DNA of 32,000 nt from Methylophaga frappieri (lineage in GTDB: Bacteria; Pseudomonadota; Gammaproteobacteria; Nitrosococcales; Methylophagaceae), in contig NC_017856.1 in assembly GCF_000260965.1 (NCBI RefSeq), positions 1,320,001 to 1,352,000 of the forward strand, written 5' to 3'. The notes beneath the pieces were generated by a model, which had not been told where the DNA came from, searched no databases, and worked only from the letters and a program-made list of their open reading frames with translations. Positions within the stretch are counted from its first letter, which is position 1, and every line of letters begins with the position of its first letter. Shown here piece after piece: positions 20,086 through 29,247 of the stretch. The position numbers and the translations under genes were made by a program.

Positions 20086-21491
20086 TTAAACGACCTGACG
20101 CCAGCAAACGCTTGTTTGTCTTGGATACCAATGTACTAATGCATGATCCAACGGCGTTGTTTCGCTTTGATGAACACGATATTTTCCTGCCTATGGTCGT
20201 TTTGGAGGAACTGGATAAAGGCAAAAAAGGACTATCTGAGGTATCGCGAAATGTCCGACAAGTCAGTCGTTTTTTGGATGACTTACTGTTAAAAGCCATC
20301 GATACTGATGCCATTAATAGTGGTATTCCTCTACCCGGTATTAGCGGCAGCGAATTACCGGAGGCAACGGGCCGGTTATTTTTCCAGACCCGGCAAATGG
20401 CTCAGGATTTACCCAAAGAACTGCCTGGTCATCAGGCGGATAATGCCATTTTGGCGGTTGCTATCAGCTTGCAACAAGCTCAGACCGATACCAATGTCAT
20501 TTTAGTTTCCAAAGATATTAATCTCCGTATTAAAGCCACCGTATTAGGTATTTGTGCCGAAGATTATTACAACGACAAAGTTCTGGATGACGTTGATCTG
20601 CTTTACCGCGGTGCCAGTGAGTTGCTGGCCGGTTTTTGGGAAGATCTGAATCGACTCGAATCCTGGATGCAGGATGGGCGGACTTTTTATCAGGTTCAGG
20701 GCGAAGTGGTCAAAGACTGGTATCCAAATCAATTGATTTACTCACCGGAAACCGAAAATGCAATTGAAGCGGTTGTTCGAACGGTAACGAATGACGCAGC
20801 CGACATTGAGCTAATTCAGGACTATCGACATGACAAACATGCGGTATGGGGCATTACAGCACGGAATCGTGAACAAAATTTTGCCCTGAATCTATTGATG
20901 GATCCGGATATCGATTTTGTTAGTTTGCTGGGACAAGCCGGCACTGGCAAGACCTTGTTAACCTTAGCTGCGGCATTAACCCAAACCATTGAGCACAAAC
21001 GTTATAACGAAATTATTATGACCAGGGTGACCGTCCCGGTTGGTGAGGATATCGGCTTTCTACCAGGCACCGAAGAAGAAAAAATGACACCTTGGATGGG
21101 TGCCTTGATGGATAATCTGGAAGTATTAAATAAGACGGACGGCGGTGATTGGGGACGTCAGGCAACGAATGATTTATTGCAACGCTGGATTAAAATTCGA
21201 TCGTTAAATTTCATGCGTGGCCGGACTTTTTTGAAACGTTTCATCATTATTGACGAAGCGCAAAACCTGACCTCAAAGCAAATGAAAACCTTGATTACCC
21301 GTGCAGGCCCGGGCACCAAAATCGTCTGTTTAGGGAACGTCTCACAAATTGATACACCGTATCTGAGTGAGACCACATCCGGCCTCACCTATGTGGTGGA
21401 TCATTTTAAATACTGGCAGCATAGTGGGCATATTACCTTGCTGCGTGGTGAACGCTCGCGGCTTGCCGACTTCGCCTCAGAAAATCTATAA
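20082..21491 (+). CDS. PIN-domain plus PhoH-like ATPase fusion protein (PhoH2/YlaK family)
   Basis: 469 aa. It has an N-terminal PIN (FVLDTNVLMHDP ... VVLEELD), Walker A GQAGTGKT, Walker B FIIIDEAQN and the PhoH C-terminal motif GNVSQID. Confidence 0.9.
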   Translation: MIKRPDASKRLFVLDTNVLMHDPTALFRFDEHDIFLPMVVLEELDKGKKGLSEVSRNVRQVSRFLDDLLLKAIDTDAINSGIPLPGISGSELPEATGRLFFQTRQMAQDLPKELPGHQADNAILAVAISLQQAQTDTNVILVSKDINLRIKATVLGICAEDYYNDKVLDDVDLLYRGASELLAGFWEDLNRLESWMQDGRTFYQVQGEVVKDWYPNQLIYSPETENAIEAVVRTVTNDAADIELIQDYRHDKHAVWGITARNREQNFALNLLMDPDIDFVSLLGQAGTGKTLLTLAAALTQTIEHKRYNEIIMTRVTVPVGEDIGFLPGTEEEKMTPWMGALMDNLEVLNKTDGGDWGRQATNDLLQRWIKIRSLNFMRGRTFLKRFIIIDEAQNLTSKQMKTLITRAGPGTKIVCLGNVSQIDTPYLSETTSGLTYVVDHFKYWQHSGHITLLRGERSRLADFASENL

Positions 21492-21545
21492 CGTAAATCG
21501 TGATAGCATCAAATACGTTCACGAATAGCAAAATGAGTTTCGTTT

Positions 21546-22163
21546 ATGGATGATGTCAGCGCAGCAACCGGCATAGATCGCCGTGCCTATTTTCGAATCA
21601 ATGATCGTATCTTGATTACGTTATTGCCATTGGCTTCCTCAGCGGTCGCCCCGCTTGCGCAACAAATTATGCACGCCACGCCGCAACCAACCGATCCCAG
21701 CCAGCAATTTTCCTCATTGCAATCCGCTTTCACCCATTTGACTGATCAGATTGGCCATACGGATCGGGATGTTGCCAGAGCATTAAGAATGCTGGACGAA
21801 AAATTAAACATTCTGAGTAGTCAGGTGCAGCATTTGTTGCGGCCAGTCAATGAACAGGACACGGAGGCTGTTAATCTGAGTGCGGGTGGTATCGCTTTGA
21901 TGAGTCCGCAACGCTTCGACAAGCATACCGCTCTGGAGGTGAAACTGACCTTGCTACCTGGGAATCAGCCCGTACATGCCATTGCCAACGTTATCGCCTG
22001 TGAACCGGTAGCTGAGCAAGCACCGGACAAGTCCTGTTTTTTAAGACTGGCGTTTACGCATATGAACGAGACGGATCGAAACCGCTTGGTCAAACATACT
22101 TTGAGCCGCCAAGCAGAAGACCTGCGACAACAGAAACAATCGACCTCAGAAAATTCCCTTTAA
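21546..22163 (+). CDS. PilZ domain protein with a long insertion between the two c-di-GMP-binding motifs
   Basis: RRAYFR (RxxxR, residues 12-17, nt 21579-21596) and NLSAGG (D/NxSxxG, residues 110-115, nt 21873-21890) are 93 residues apart. The intervening segment looks helical. Confidence 0.8.
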   Translation: MDDVSAATGIDRRAYFRINDRILITLLPLASSAVAPLAQQIMHATPQPTDPSQQFSSLQSAFTHLTDQIGHTDRDVARALRMLDEKLNILSSQVQHLLRPVNEQDTEAVNLSAGGIALMSPQRFDKHTALEVKLTLLPGNQPVHAIANVIACEPVAEQAPDKSCFLRLAFTHMNETDRNRLVKHTLSRQAEDLRQQKQSTSENSL

Positions 22164-22876
22164 TCCGGGCACTGCTCTGGCCCCGCTAAAGCATTACCGC
22201 CACGATACTGGTACTGACAAACGTAAGCAGATTCATTGCCTTGTTCCTGCCGCAGTCTTGTCTGCAACTGTTGCCACAAACTGATTCGGCTACTGTCATC
22301 GATATAGTCTGAGGTATTGGCCTTATCCAGCCATAATCCGGTTTCATTAAAGCTATAAACCGGTAATAAATCTTGTCTGGATGTCGCCGGTAAAATTCGC
22401 CGGTCCAAGTTATCTAGGACCAGCGGCATGGCGTTTTTCTGGGCATAATAACTCACTACCATATGCGCCTGATTTAATGTCAACGCTTTAACATAAGTGA
22501 GTCGCAGTTGTTCAACCGGCATGCCCATCCGCGTTAGGGTGTAGTATTTTGCCAAAGCAAAGTCTTCGCAATCACCGGCCTGTGTGACAATCGTTTGCAG
22601 TGGTGTCGCCCAGTAATCCGCCTGTTGCCAATGCAATCGATCATCAACAAAGGCAAACTGATTGATAAAATCATTCGCCGCCGCTAACTGTCGATGGGCA
22701 GGTTGATTGCGATTTTCTGCAATCAGTTTTTTCCAAGATTGGACTCGCGCGGCTGTTTCCGGCTTGATACCGTCTTCAAAAGTGGCCGCAGGTGACGACA
22801 ATTTCGGTTTGGATGTACTGCCGCAAGCTGATAATAAAAAACCCAGTACCAGCAAGAAAAAATAACGAATCAGCAT
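22160..22876 (-). CDS. Lipoprotein, bacterial transglutaminase-like cysteine proteinase (BTLCP / peptidase C93, LapG-like)
   Basis: Lipobox LLSAC (Cys18). The ATPLQTIVTQAGDCEDFALAKY catalytic Cys motif (C103) is followed by QAHMVV (H138) and VLDNL (D155). The start overlaps the bioD stop by 7 nt. The stop overlaps the PilZ stop by 4 nt in convergent orientation. Confidence 0.8.
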   Translation of the reverse strand: MLIRYFFLLVLGFLLSACGSTSKPKLSSPAATFEDGIKPETAARVQSWKKLIAENRNQPAHRQLAAANDFINQFAFVDDRLHWQQADYWATPLQTIVTQAGDCEDFALAKYYTLTRMGMPVEQLRLTYVKALTLNQAHMVVSYYAQKNAMPLVLDNLDRRILPATSRQDLLPVYSFNETGLWLDKANTSDYIDDSSRISLWQQLQTRLRQEQGNESAYVCQYQYRGGNALAGPEQCPD

Positions 22877-23535
22877 ACCGGCGCCATCAAATAATCCGCA
22901 GCACTGCTTTTGTCAGCCAGTCGCGGTACTACGCCTAGACAAGGCGCATCAATACGTTCGGAAATCGCAGCGATGATGTTCTCTTGCTGGGGATCAACTG
23001 TCAGGTTATTGGCTACCCAGCCGGCCAGGGTTAATCCGCTCCGTCTGACACTTTCTGCCGTCAGCAAGGCATGATTTATACAGCCCAAACGAATGGCCAC
23101 CACCAGAATAACGGGCAAGTTCAAGGCAATGGCCAGATCGGCAATTGTCTGCTGCCGATTGAGCGGCACCAGCCAGCCTCCCGCGCCTTCAACGACGACA
23201 ACATCTGCTGTCTCAGCGATCTGCTGGTAGTGCGTGACGAGGTTCGTCAGATTAATTTCCACGCCGTCTTGTAACGCGGCAATATGTGGCGCAATAGCCG
23301 GCGCAAAGGCATATGGATTGAGTTGACTATACGGTGACCGAACCGATGCCGCAGCCTGTAATGCGAGTGCATCCTCATTTTGCAATCCGGTTGCCGTCTG
23401 CTCGCAACCACTGGCGACCGGTTTCATCGCAGCAACACGATGCCCCTGTTGTTTTAGGACTTCAATCAATCCAACACTGATTCGGGTTTTCCCCACTTCA
23501 GTATCTGTTCCTGTGATAAAAAATCCGCTGCTCAT
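22870..23535 (-). CDS. bioD: Dethiobiotin synthetase
   Basis: MSSGFFITGTDTEVGKT P-loop, VVVEGAGGW motif, 221 aa, and its position in the bio operon. Confidence 0.93.
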   Translation of the reverse strand: MSSGFFITGTDTEVGKTRISVGLIEVLKQQGHRVAAMKPVASGCEQTATGLQNEDALALQAAASVRSPYSQLNPYAFAPAIAPHIAALQDGVEINLTNLVTHYQQIAETADVVVVEGAGGWLVPLNRQQTIADLAIALNLPVILVVAIRLGCINHALLTAESVRRSGLTLAGWVANNLTVDPQQENIIAAISERIDAPCLGVVPRLADKSSAADYLMAPVC

Positions 23536-24419
23536 AACCGCCCTTTCAACTGCGCTAAACTGACATGTACACTGCCATCTGCAGCAACTGACTGATAGCG
23601 ATCAACCGAAAAAGCGTGACCATAAATCACCTCATAGGTTGCCGGTAACTGACCGTCAGCCAGACGAAACTGTTCACTGGCCGCCAGCATTGCCTGTAAG
23701 CGATGCCGGCCGGTCAAGCCACGACGCCGACCCGGTAATTGATTACGCGCGCCCAGCAATTTTAAATCACGCATCATCTTTCTGGCATCCGGATAGCCTA
23801 ACTGATGCCGATCGACATCCAGAACCGCATCTTGTAATCCGCTATCCTGCATGGCCTGCGCCACATCGTGCATATCCAGAAACTGATTCACATGGGGCAA
23901 GGCATCTACCGCTGCCCAACTTTGCCGTAACTCAATCAACGTATCCGGACCCAACGTAGTAAACATAAGCACGCCTTCGGGACGAAGCAGACGCTGACAC
24001 TCAGCGAATACTTTTGTTAGATCACACCACTGAAATGACAGGTTAGCAAAAATCAAATCCACACTATTTGCTTTAAGTGGCAACGATTCAGCATCAGCAA
24101 CCAGATAGGCCAAACGTTTGTCTGGCACAAATCGTCGCCAGCCAGTCTGCATTCTCTGCTGCGCCTGAACCAGCATCTGCGGCGCAATATCGACGGCTAA
24201 TAAATCCGCTTTCGGATAGCGTTTCTTGAGTAGTGGCAGATTTCGTCCGGTTCCCGCGCCCAGATCAATGATTTGTTGCGGCTGTATTCGTAATAAGCCC
24301 AGCCTGTCCAGTAATTCATCTGCCGTTTGTCGCTGCAACACGGCGACATCATCATAAGACCGGGCTGCGGCTGAAAACGATTGCGCAACGCGTTTTTTAT
24401 CAGGACGCGGTTCAGTCAT
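23532..24419 (-). CDS. bioC: Malonyl-ACP O-methyltransferase
   Basis: It has the SAM-MTase motif IIDLGAGTG, the AQSFSAAARSYD N-terminus typical of BioC, and operon context. The start is set at ATG 24419, overlapping bioH by 8 nt. The track start at 24491 lies deep inside bioH. Confidence 0.9.
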   Translation of the reverse strand: MTEPRPDKKRVAQSFSAAARSYDDVAVLQRQTADELLDRLGLLRIQPQQIIDLGAGTGRNLPLLKKRYPKADLLAVDIAPQMLVQAQQRMQTGWRRFVPDKRLAYLVADAESLPLKANSVDLIFANLSFQWCDLTKVFAECQRLLRPEGVLMFTTLGPDTLIELRQSWAAVDALPHVNQFLDMHDVAQAMQDSGLQDAVLDVDRHQLGYPDARKMMRDLKLLGARNQLPGRRRGLTGRHRLQAMLAASEQFRLADGQLPATYEVIYGHAFSVDRYQSVAADGSVHVSLAQLKGRL

Positions 24420-25173
24420 GTACCTGTTCTCTAATGAACGCCAGCGTCGGCGCTGGGTGCGATAAAAACGGTGCGTGGCCGGCACCATCAATGATCTGAC
24501 ATTGCAAATCAGGATTTAATTGTTGCGCCGCCACAGCCAGTGAGGAGGGAATCAAATTATCCTGTGCGCCTAACAGCAATCCCACCGGCATAGCCAATTC
24601 AGCCAATGCGGTTCTGGCATCTGTTTTTTCCAAACGGGAAAGTCCTGCTGTCAGGGCCGAAGGGTGCGCATGTTGTGTCTGTATCATGATCGTCTGTAAC
24701 TGCCGGATTGTTTCTCGCGCCTGTTGTGCCCCACGTGCCTGCAACAACAAAAATGACTGCATCACTTGTTGCGGATCCCGATCCAGTGCATCCGAAAAAT
24801 CAGCAAAATTCCGGGCAGGCATGGCGGTGTGCCACGTTGCATCTGCCACAAATTTCGGTGTTGCTGCCAGCATAATCAATTGGCTGACCCGTTGCGGAAA
24901 GGCATGCGCAAATTGCAGCGCAATCAATCCACCCAGTGACCAGCCTACCCAAATCGCGTTCGATGGGAGTTGTTTTGCTAGCTGAGCTAGCAGCCTTTCA
25001 GCCGCAAAGTCACCTTCCTGCCAGTCACTATCACCATGGCCAGGTAAATCCACGCAATGTAGCGTAAAGTCATTTTCAAGACAGGACTTGATTGGTTGCC
25101 AGACATGACGATTCATGCTCCAGCCATGAACTAACACCATATCCGGTCCCTGCCCGGTCACCTCAATGAACAT
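24412..25173 (-). CDS. bioH: Pimeloyl-ACP methyl ester carboxylesterase
   Basis: An alpha/beta hydrolase with the LVHGWSMN and GWSLGG nucleophile elbow and a C-terminal GAGHAPFLSHP. It sits between bioF and bioC as in the Pseudomonas bioBFHCD order. Confidence 0.85.
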   Translation of the reverse strand: MFIEVTGQGPDMVLVHGWSMNRHVWQPIKSCLENDFTLHCVDLPGHGDSDWQEGDFAAERLLAQLAKQLPSNAIWVGWSLGGLIALQFAHAFPQRVSQLIMLAATPKFVADATWHTAMPARNFADFSDALDRDPQQVMQSFLLLQARGAQQARETIRQLQTIMIQTQHAHPSALTAGLSRLEKTDARTALAELAMPVGLLLGAQDNLIPSSLAVAAQQLNPDLQCQIIDGAGHAPFLSHPAPTLAFIREQVHD

Positions 25174-26338
25174 GGCATTGTTCCAATGCTGACAACAACT
25201 GATTCACCTGCACCTCAGTATGTGCGGCGGACAGGGTAATACGAAGTCTTGCCGTATTTTTTGGTACCGTAGGTGGTCGAATCACGCCGGTTAATATGCC
25301 ATGTTCTTCTAACTGCTGACCTAACTTGAGTGCCTGTTTATCATCGCCAATCAAAATCGGTTGAATTGCAGTTTGCGATGCCATGATCTTTAAACCGAGC
25401 TGTGATGCACCTTGCCGGAACTGCTCTATTCTGGCCTGCAATCGTTGCCGATAAGCATCGTCGTGTTGGTTTATTTGCAACGCCGCAAGCGTAGCCGCAG
25501 CAATCGCCGGGGGTGGCGCAGTAGTGTAAATATAACTCCGTGCATGCTGTGTCAACGTTTCAATAATCAATTCATCGGCAGCAATAAACGCCCCTGCTGT
25601 GCCAAAGGCTTTGCCGAAAGTACCGACTAAAATCGGCTTTTCAGCAATTTGATCGGCAAAATATTGCAGGGTGCCTTTGCCGGCATCTCCGACCACGCCC
25701 AGTCCATGCGCATCATCAATCACCACACCGGCATGATGTTGCTTCGCCAATGCCATCAGTTCGGGCAAAGCGACCATATCGCCATCCATGCTGAACACAC
25801 CATCACTGACAATCAACTTGCGTTCGATATTCGCTGTCTGATGTAAACGCTGGTGCAAACTGGCCATATCATTATGCGCATATCGGTATAGGGTTGCCTG
25901 ACTCAGTCGGCTGCCATCGAGCAAAGAGGCATGGTTAAGTTTGTCTTGAATAACCACATCACCCCGATTCATAAGACCATCAATCACAGCCAGATTAGCC
26001 ATATAACCGGTCGCAAATGTCATCACCTTTTGCTGGCCGGTAAACGCCGCTAACGCCATTTCTAACTCATGATGATACTGGCTGTGTCCAGTCAGTAAAT
26101 GCGCGGCACCACTCCCCACGCCTTCCTGATCTGCCGCTTTTTGAAATGCCTTGACGACTTCAGGGTGGTTGGCAAGGCCCAAATAATCATTGCTGCAAAA
26201 GCTGATAAATGCCTGACCATCAACTTTGACGTTAACGCCTTGTGGCCCCTGTCGAAGACGGGGATATCGATATAATCCGTCAGTCTGCCGCTGAACCAGT
26301 GCTTGCTGAAGACTTTTGTGCCATGGCAACTGGGCCAT
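25163..26338 (-). CDS. bioF: 8-amino-7-oxononanoate synthase
   Basis: 391 aa PLP enzyme with FCSNDYLGLANHP, DDAHGLGV and the GTFGKAFG lysine motif. Confidence 0.93.
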   Translation of the reverse strand: MAQLPWHKSLQQALVQRQTDGLYRYPRLRQGPQGVNVKVDGQAFISFCSNDYLGLANHPEVVKAFQKAADQEGVGSGAAHLLTGHSQYHHELEMALAAFTGQQKVMTFATGYMANLAVIDGLMNRGDVVIQDKLNHASLLDGSRLSQATLYRYAHNDMASLHQRLHQTANIERKLIVSDGVFSMDGDMVALPELMALAKQHHAGVVIDDAHGLGVVGDAGKGTLQYFADQIAEKPILVGTFGKAFGTAGAFIAADELIIETLTQHARSYIYTTAPPPAIAAATLAALQINQHDDAYRQRLQARIEQFRQGASQLGLKIMASQTAIQPILIGDDKQALKLGQQLEEHGILTGVIRPPTVPKNTARLRITLSAAHTEVQVNQLLSALEQCHVH

Positions 26339-26344
26339 CGTTAA

Positions 26345-27352
26345 TTAAGCAGCGGAGCAGTGTTTATCCGTATGCTGCACAATTTCCAGTGGTTTGATAC
26401 CTAACCGGCGGAACAGTTTTTGATCGTGTTCTGTTGCCGGGTTATCAGTGGTCAGCAATTTTTCACCGTAGAAAATAGAGTTAGCACCAGCCAGGAAGCT
26501 CATCGCCTGCAATTCATCAGTCATGTTTTCCCGACCTGCAGACAACCTGACATAAGACTTGGGCATCATAATGCGTGCCACCGCAATCGTGCGAACAAAC
26601 TCGAAAGAATCGAGATTTTTGATGCCATCAAGTGGTGTGCCTTTAACTTGAACCAGCAAGTTAATTGGCACACTTTCAGGATGACTTGACAGATTGGCCA
26701 GACTCCGTAATAAACCAGCCCGATCCCGACGACTTTCCCCCATGCCGACGATGCCGCCACTACAGACATTAATGCCTGCCTCACGAACATGACTTAATGT
26801 ATCTAAACGATCTTGATAAGTCCGCGTCGAAATAATTTCACCATAAAATTCGGGTGAGGTGTCCAGATTGTGGTTGTAGTAATCAAGCCCGGCATCTTTT
26901 AAGCGTTTCGCTTGATGTGCTTCCAGCATACCCAGCGTGACGCAGGTTTCCAGTCCCATATCTTTGACGCCTTCGATCATGGCTGCCACCCGATCCACAT
27001 CCCGGTCTTTCAGGTTTCGCCATGCGGCACCCATACAGAAACGGCTGGCACCGGTAGACTTGGCCTGCGCTGCGGACTCGAGCACTTTATCCAATGGCAT
27101 CAAGGGTTCCGCTTTGACGGCAGATTTGTGGTGCGCGCTTTGCGGGCAGTAACCACAATCTTCAGCGCAGCCTCCCGTTTTTATGCTCAACAAGGTACTG
27201 ATTTGCACGGCATTAGCATCGAAATACTGTCGATGAAGCGTCTGGGCCTGAAACATCAGATCAGCAAACGGTAAGTCAAACAAGGCTTCTATTTCAGAGG
27301 TTTGCCAGTCATGACGGATGACGGGAGTCGGTTCTGTGATAGTCTTGGACAT
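26345..27352 (-). CDS. bioB: Biotin synthase (radical SAM)
   Basis: It has the [11 protein letters not shown] radical-SAM cluster motif, YNHNLDTS and GGIVGMGE. 335 aa. Confidence 0.97.
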   Translation of the reverse strand: MSKTITEPTPVIRHDWQTSEIEALFDLPFADLMFQAQTLHRQYFDANAVQISTLLSIKTGGCAEDCGYCPQSAHHKSAVKAEPLMPLDKVLESAAQAKSTGASRFCMGAAWRNLKDRDVDRVAAMIEGVKDMGLETCVTLGMLEAHQAKRLKDAGLDYYNHNLDTSPEFYGEIISTRTYQDRLDTLSHVREAGINVCSGGIVGMGESRRDRAGLLRSLANLSSHPESVPINLLVQVKGTPLDGIKNLDSFEFVRTIAVARIMMPKSYVRLSAGRENMTDELQAMSFLAGANSIFYGEKLLTTDNPATEHDQKLFRRLGIKPLEIVQHTDKHCSAA

Positions 27353-27382
27353 GGTCTTTTTCAGCTTAATGGATTAACGGGG

Positions 27383-28111
27383 ATGGCCAAGGACTTTATT
27401 GCCACAACGGCGCATCGATTGCGAAGATTATACAACATCTGGATGCCAAATCCGTGTTTCCTGTGTCATGCACCGGCGGGAGCGCAGATTATTTGCAACG
27501 ACTGCCTGGCAGATTTACCGCACACTTCAACCGCCTGTTTACGTTGCGCAGCCCCTCTGCCCAACAACGGTGTTTGTGGCGCTTGCCAGCAATCTCCGCC
27601 GCCGCAGGATACCACACTGGCAGCCTTGTATTACATTTGGCCCGCCGACAAATTAGTGACAGCGTATAAATTTCGTTCCCAGTTGGCGTTACAGCCATTA
27701 TTTGCCCAGTTACTATTTGAGAAAGTACGTCGTTCAGGCCACGATCTGCCACACTTGATTCTGCCTATTCCATTGCACACCAGCCGCTTGCGTTATCGTG
27801 GCTACAATCAGGCAACGGATATCAGCCAACGGCTTGGTCGGTTACTGAATAGGCCTGTTGCTAATCATCTCTTGCAGCGCGTCCGTGCAACCCAACCGCA
27901 GAGTAATCTTGCCTTTTCTCAACGACGTCGTAATTTGCGAAATGCATTTCAGTGTCAACCACTGACAGCAGCACAACAGCAACATGTTGTGCTAATCGAC
28001 GATGTTTATACGACTGGCCACACGGTTTCTGAAGCCGCGCGTTGCCTGCGCAAGGCTGGTGTGAAACGGCTGGATGTCTGGACAATTGCCCGCGCCATAC
28101 GCCATGATTAG
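27383..28111 (+). CDS. comF: ComF/GntX-family phosphoribosyltransferase-like protein
   Basis: An N-terminal Cys-rich Zn ribbon (CFLCHAP...CNDCLADL...CLRCAAPL...CGAC) and a C-terminal PRTase motif VVLIDDVYTTGHT. The start is uncertain. ATG 27383 leaves only 30 nt to the bioB ATG, whereas ATG 27443 (MPNPCFLC) leaves 90 nt and is an equally good candidate. Confidence 0.8.
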   Translation: MAKDFIATTAHRLRRLYNIWMPNPCFLCHAPAGAQIICNDCLADLPHTSTACLRCAAPLPNNGVCGACQQSPPPQDTTLAALYYIWPADKLVTAYKFRSQLALQPLFAQLLFEKVRRSGHDLPHLILPIPLHTSRLRYRGYNQATDISQRLGRLLNRPVANHLLQRVRATQPQSNLAFSQRRRNLRNAFQCQPLTAAQQQHVVLIDDVYTTGHTVSEAARCLRKAGVKRLDVWTIARAIRHD

Positions 28112-28144
28112 CAATATCTCCTGATTCAGCCACAAGGCTGCCTG

Positions 28145-29212
28145 ATGCGAAAAGATGCAACAACGCTACAAGACCGGCTGGATGCCCTGCTCCGCATCGC
28201 CAAAAGTAATGAACGCAAACAGACACACTTTCAACAATATGAATTAAGCCTGCTTAATTGCAGTAGCTTGCAGGCCTTATTGCAACTCATTCTGGAAGAA
28301 CACGTCCAACGTTTTCAGCTAACCAGTGTCACGCTGCTTTTGTTTGATCCCGAATATACTTTCCGACGACTGATAGAAGGCTTGGTATTGCCCTCTGTAT
28401 GGCAGTCAACGCTGATATTTACCGAAACCCAAGCTACGCTGGATCAGTATTTCAATTTACAACGCACGCCAAGGCTTTGTTCATTTTCTGCAGATCAGCA
28501 TAGTCGTTTATTTCCGGACCATCCCAACCTGGGTTCCGTTGCGCTGCTGCCCCTGATTCGTCAACGTAAACTGATTGGCAGTTTAAATCTTGGCAGTCGT
28601 AACGCCAGTCGGTTCCAGCCCGATATTGGTAGCCAGTTTTTACAACATATGGCGGCGGTAGTTGCGGCCTGTCTGGAAAACACGCGGTTGCACGAAGAGA
28701 TCAAACTGGTGGGACTCCGCGATCCTTTAACGGGTATCAACAACCGTCGTTTTTTCGATCAGCGGATTGATGAAGAAGTGAGCCGTGCTAAACGACAACA
28801 TTCGCCGCTTTCCTGTTTGTTTGTGGATTTGGATCACTTCAAACGGATTAATGATCAATACGGTCATGCAGCCGGTGACGCCGTACTCAAACAGGTTGCC
28901 AGTTTACTCAATCAGCTTTTACGCAGCACAGATGTGCTGGCACGGTTTGGCGGCGAAGAGTTTGTCATTCTGTTAACTGATACACCGGCCAACGCCGCAG
29001 CGGATATTGCACAACGCATGCGTATTCACCTGTCACAACAATTTTTTGCTGTTAATGCCAATAAACAGATACAAATAACTTTATCGATAGGGCTGGCAAC
29101 TATGAACCATAGCAATCAGATTCACACCAGCCATCAATTGTTGCAGGCCGCAGATCAGGCGGTGTATGCGGCAAAAATCTCTGGGCGTAATCGCATCCAT
29201 CAGGCGCCGTAA
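28145..29212 (+). CDS. Diguanylate cyclase: N-terminal DUF484/GAF-like sensor plus a GGDEF domain
   Basis: The GGEEF active site is at nt 28949-28963. An RSTD (RxxD) I-site at 28922-28933 lies exactly 5 residues upstream. The N-terminal half (GSVALLPLIRQRKLIGSLNLGSRNASRF) resembles DUF484/YigA-type GAF-like domains. Confidence 0.9.
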   Translation: MRKDATTLQDRLDALLRIAKSNERKQTHFQQYELSLLNCSSLQALLQLILEEHVQRFQLTSVTLLLFDPEYTFRRLIEGLVLPSVWQSTLIFTETQATLDQYFNLQRTPRLCSFSADQHSRLFPDHPNLGSVALLPLIRQRKLIGSLNLGSRNASRFQPDIGSQFLQHMAAVVAACLENTRLHEEIKLVGLRDPLTGINNRRFFDQRIDEEVSRAKRQHSPLSCLFVDLDHFKRINDQYGHAAGDAVLKQVASLLNQLLRSTDVLARFGGEEFVILLTDTPANAAADIAQRMRIHLSQQFFAVNANKQIQITLSIGLATMNHSNQIHTSHQLLQAADQAVYAAKISGRNRIHQAP

Positions 29213-29247
29213 CGTTCAAAATTTCCGGCGTCAGGATTACAAAAAAA

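Noticed and set aside
24420-24491. The extended bioC start at 24491 (MMVPATHRFYRTQRRRW...)
   Set aside because: It lies 80 nt inside bioH in another frame. The BioC conserved N-terminus (RVAQSFSAAARSYD) begins just after ATG 24419.
24975-24997. The near-perfect inverted repeat TGCTAGC-TGA-GCTAGCA inside bioH
   Set aside because: It encodes LAQLA in frame (gct/cag/cta/gca codons). It is most simply a coding coincidence of self-complementary GCTAGC hexamers, and it has no flanking signal.
27302-27382. The track start of comF at 27302, overlapping bioB by 51 nt head-to-head
   Set aside because: A divergent head-to-head coding overlap is implausible. The first 27 residues have no ComF similarity, and the in-frame ATGs at 27383 and 27443 are better.
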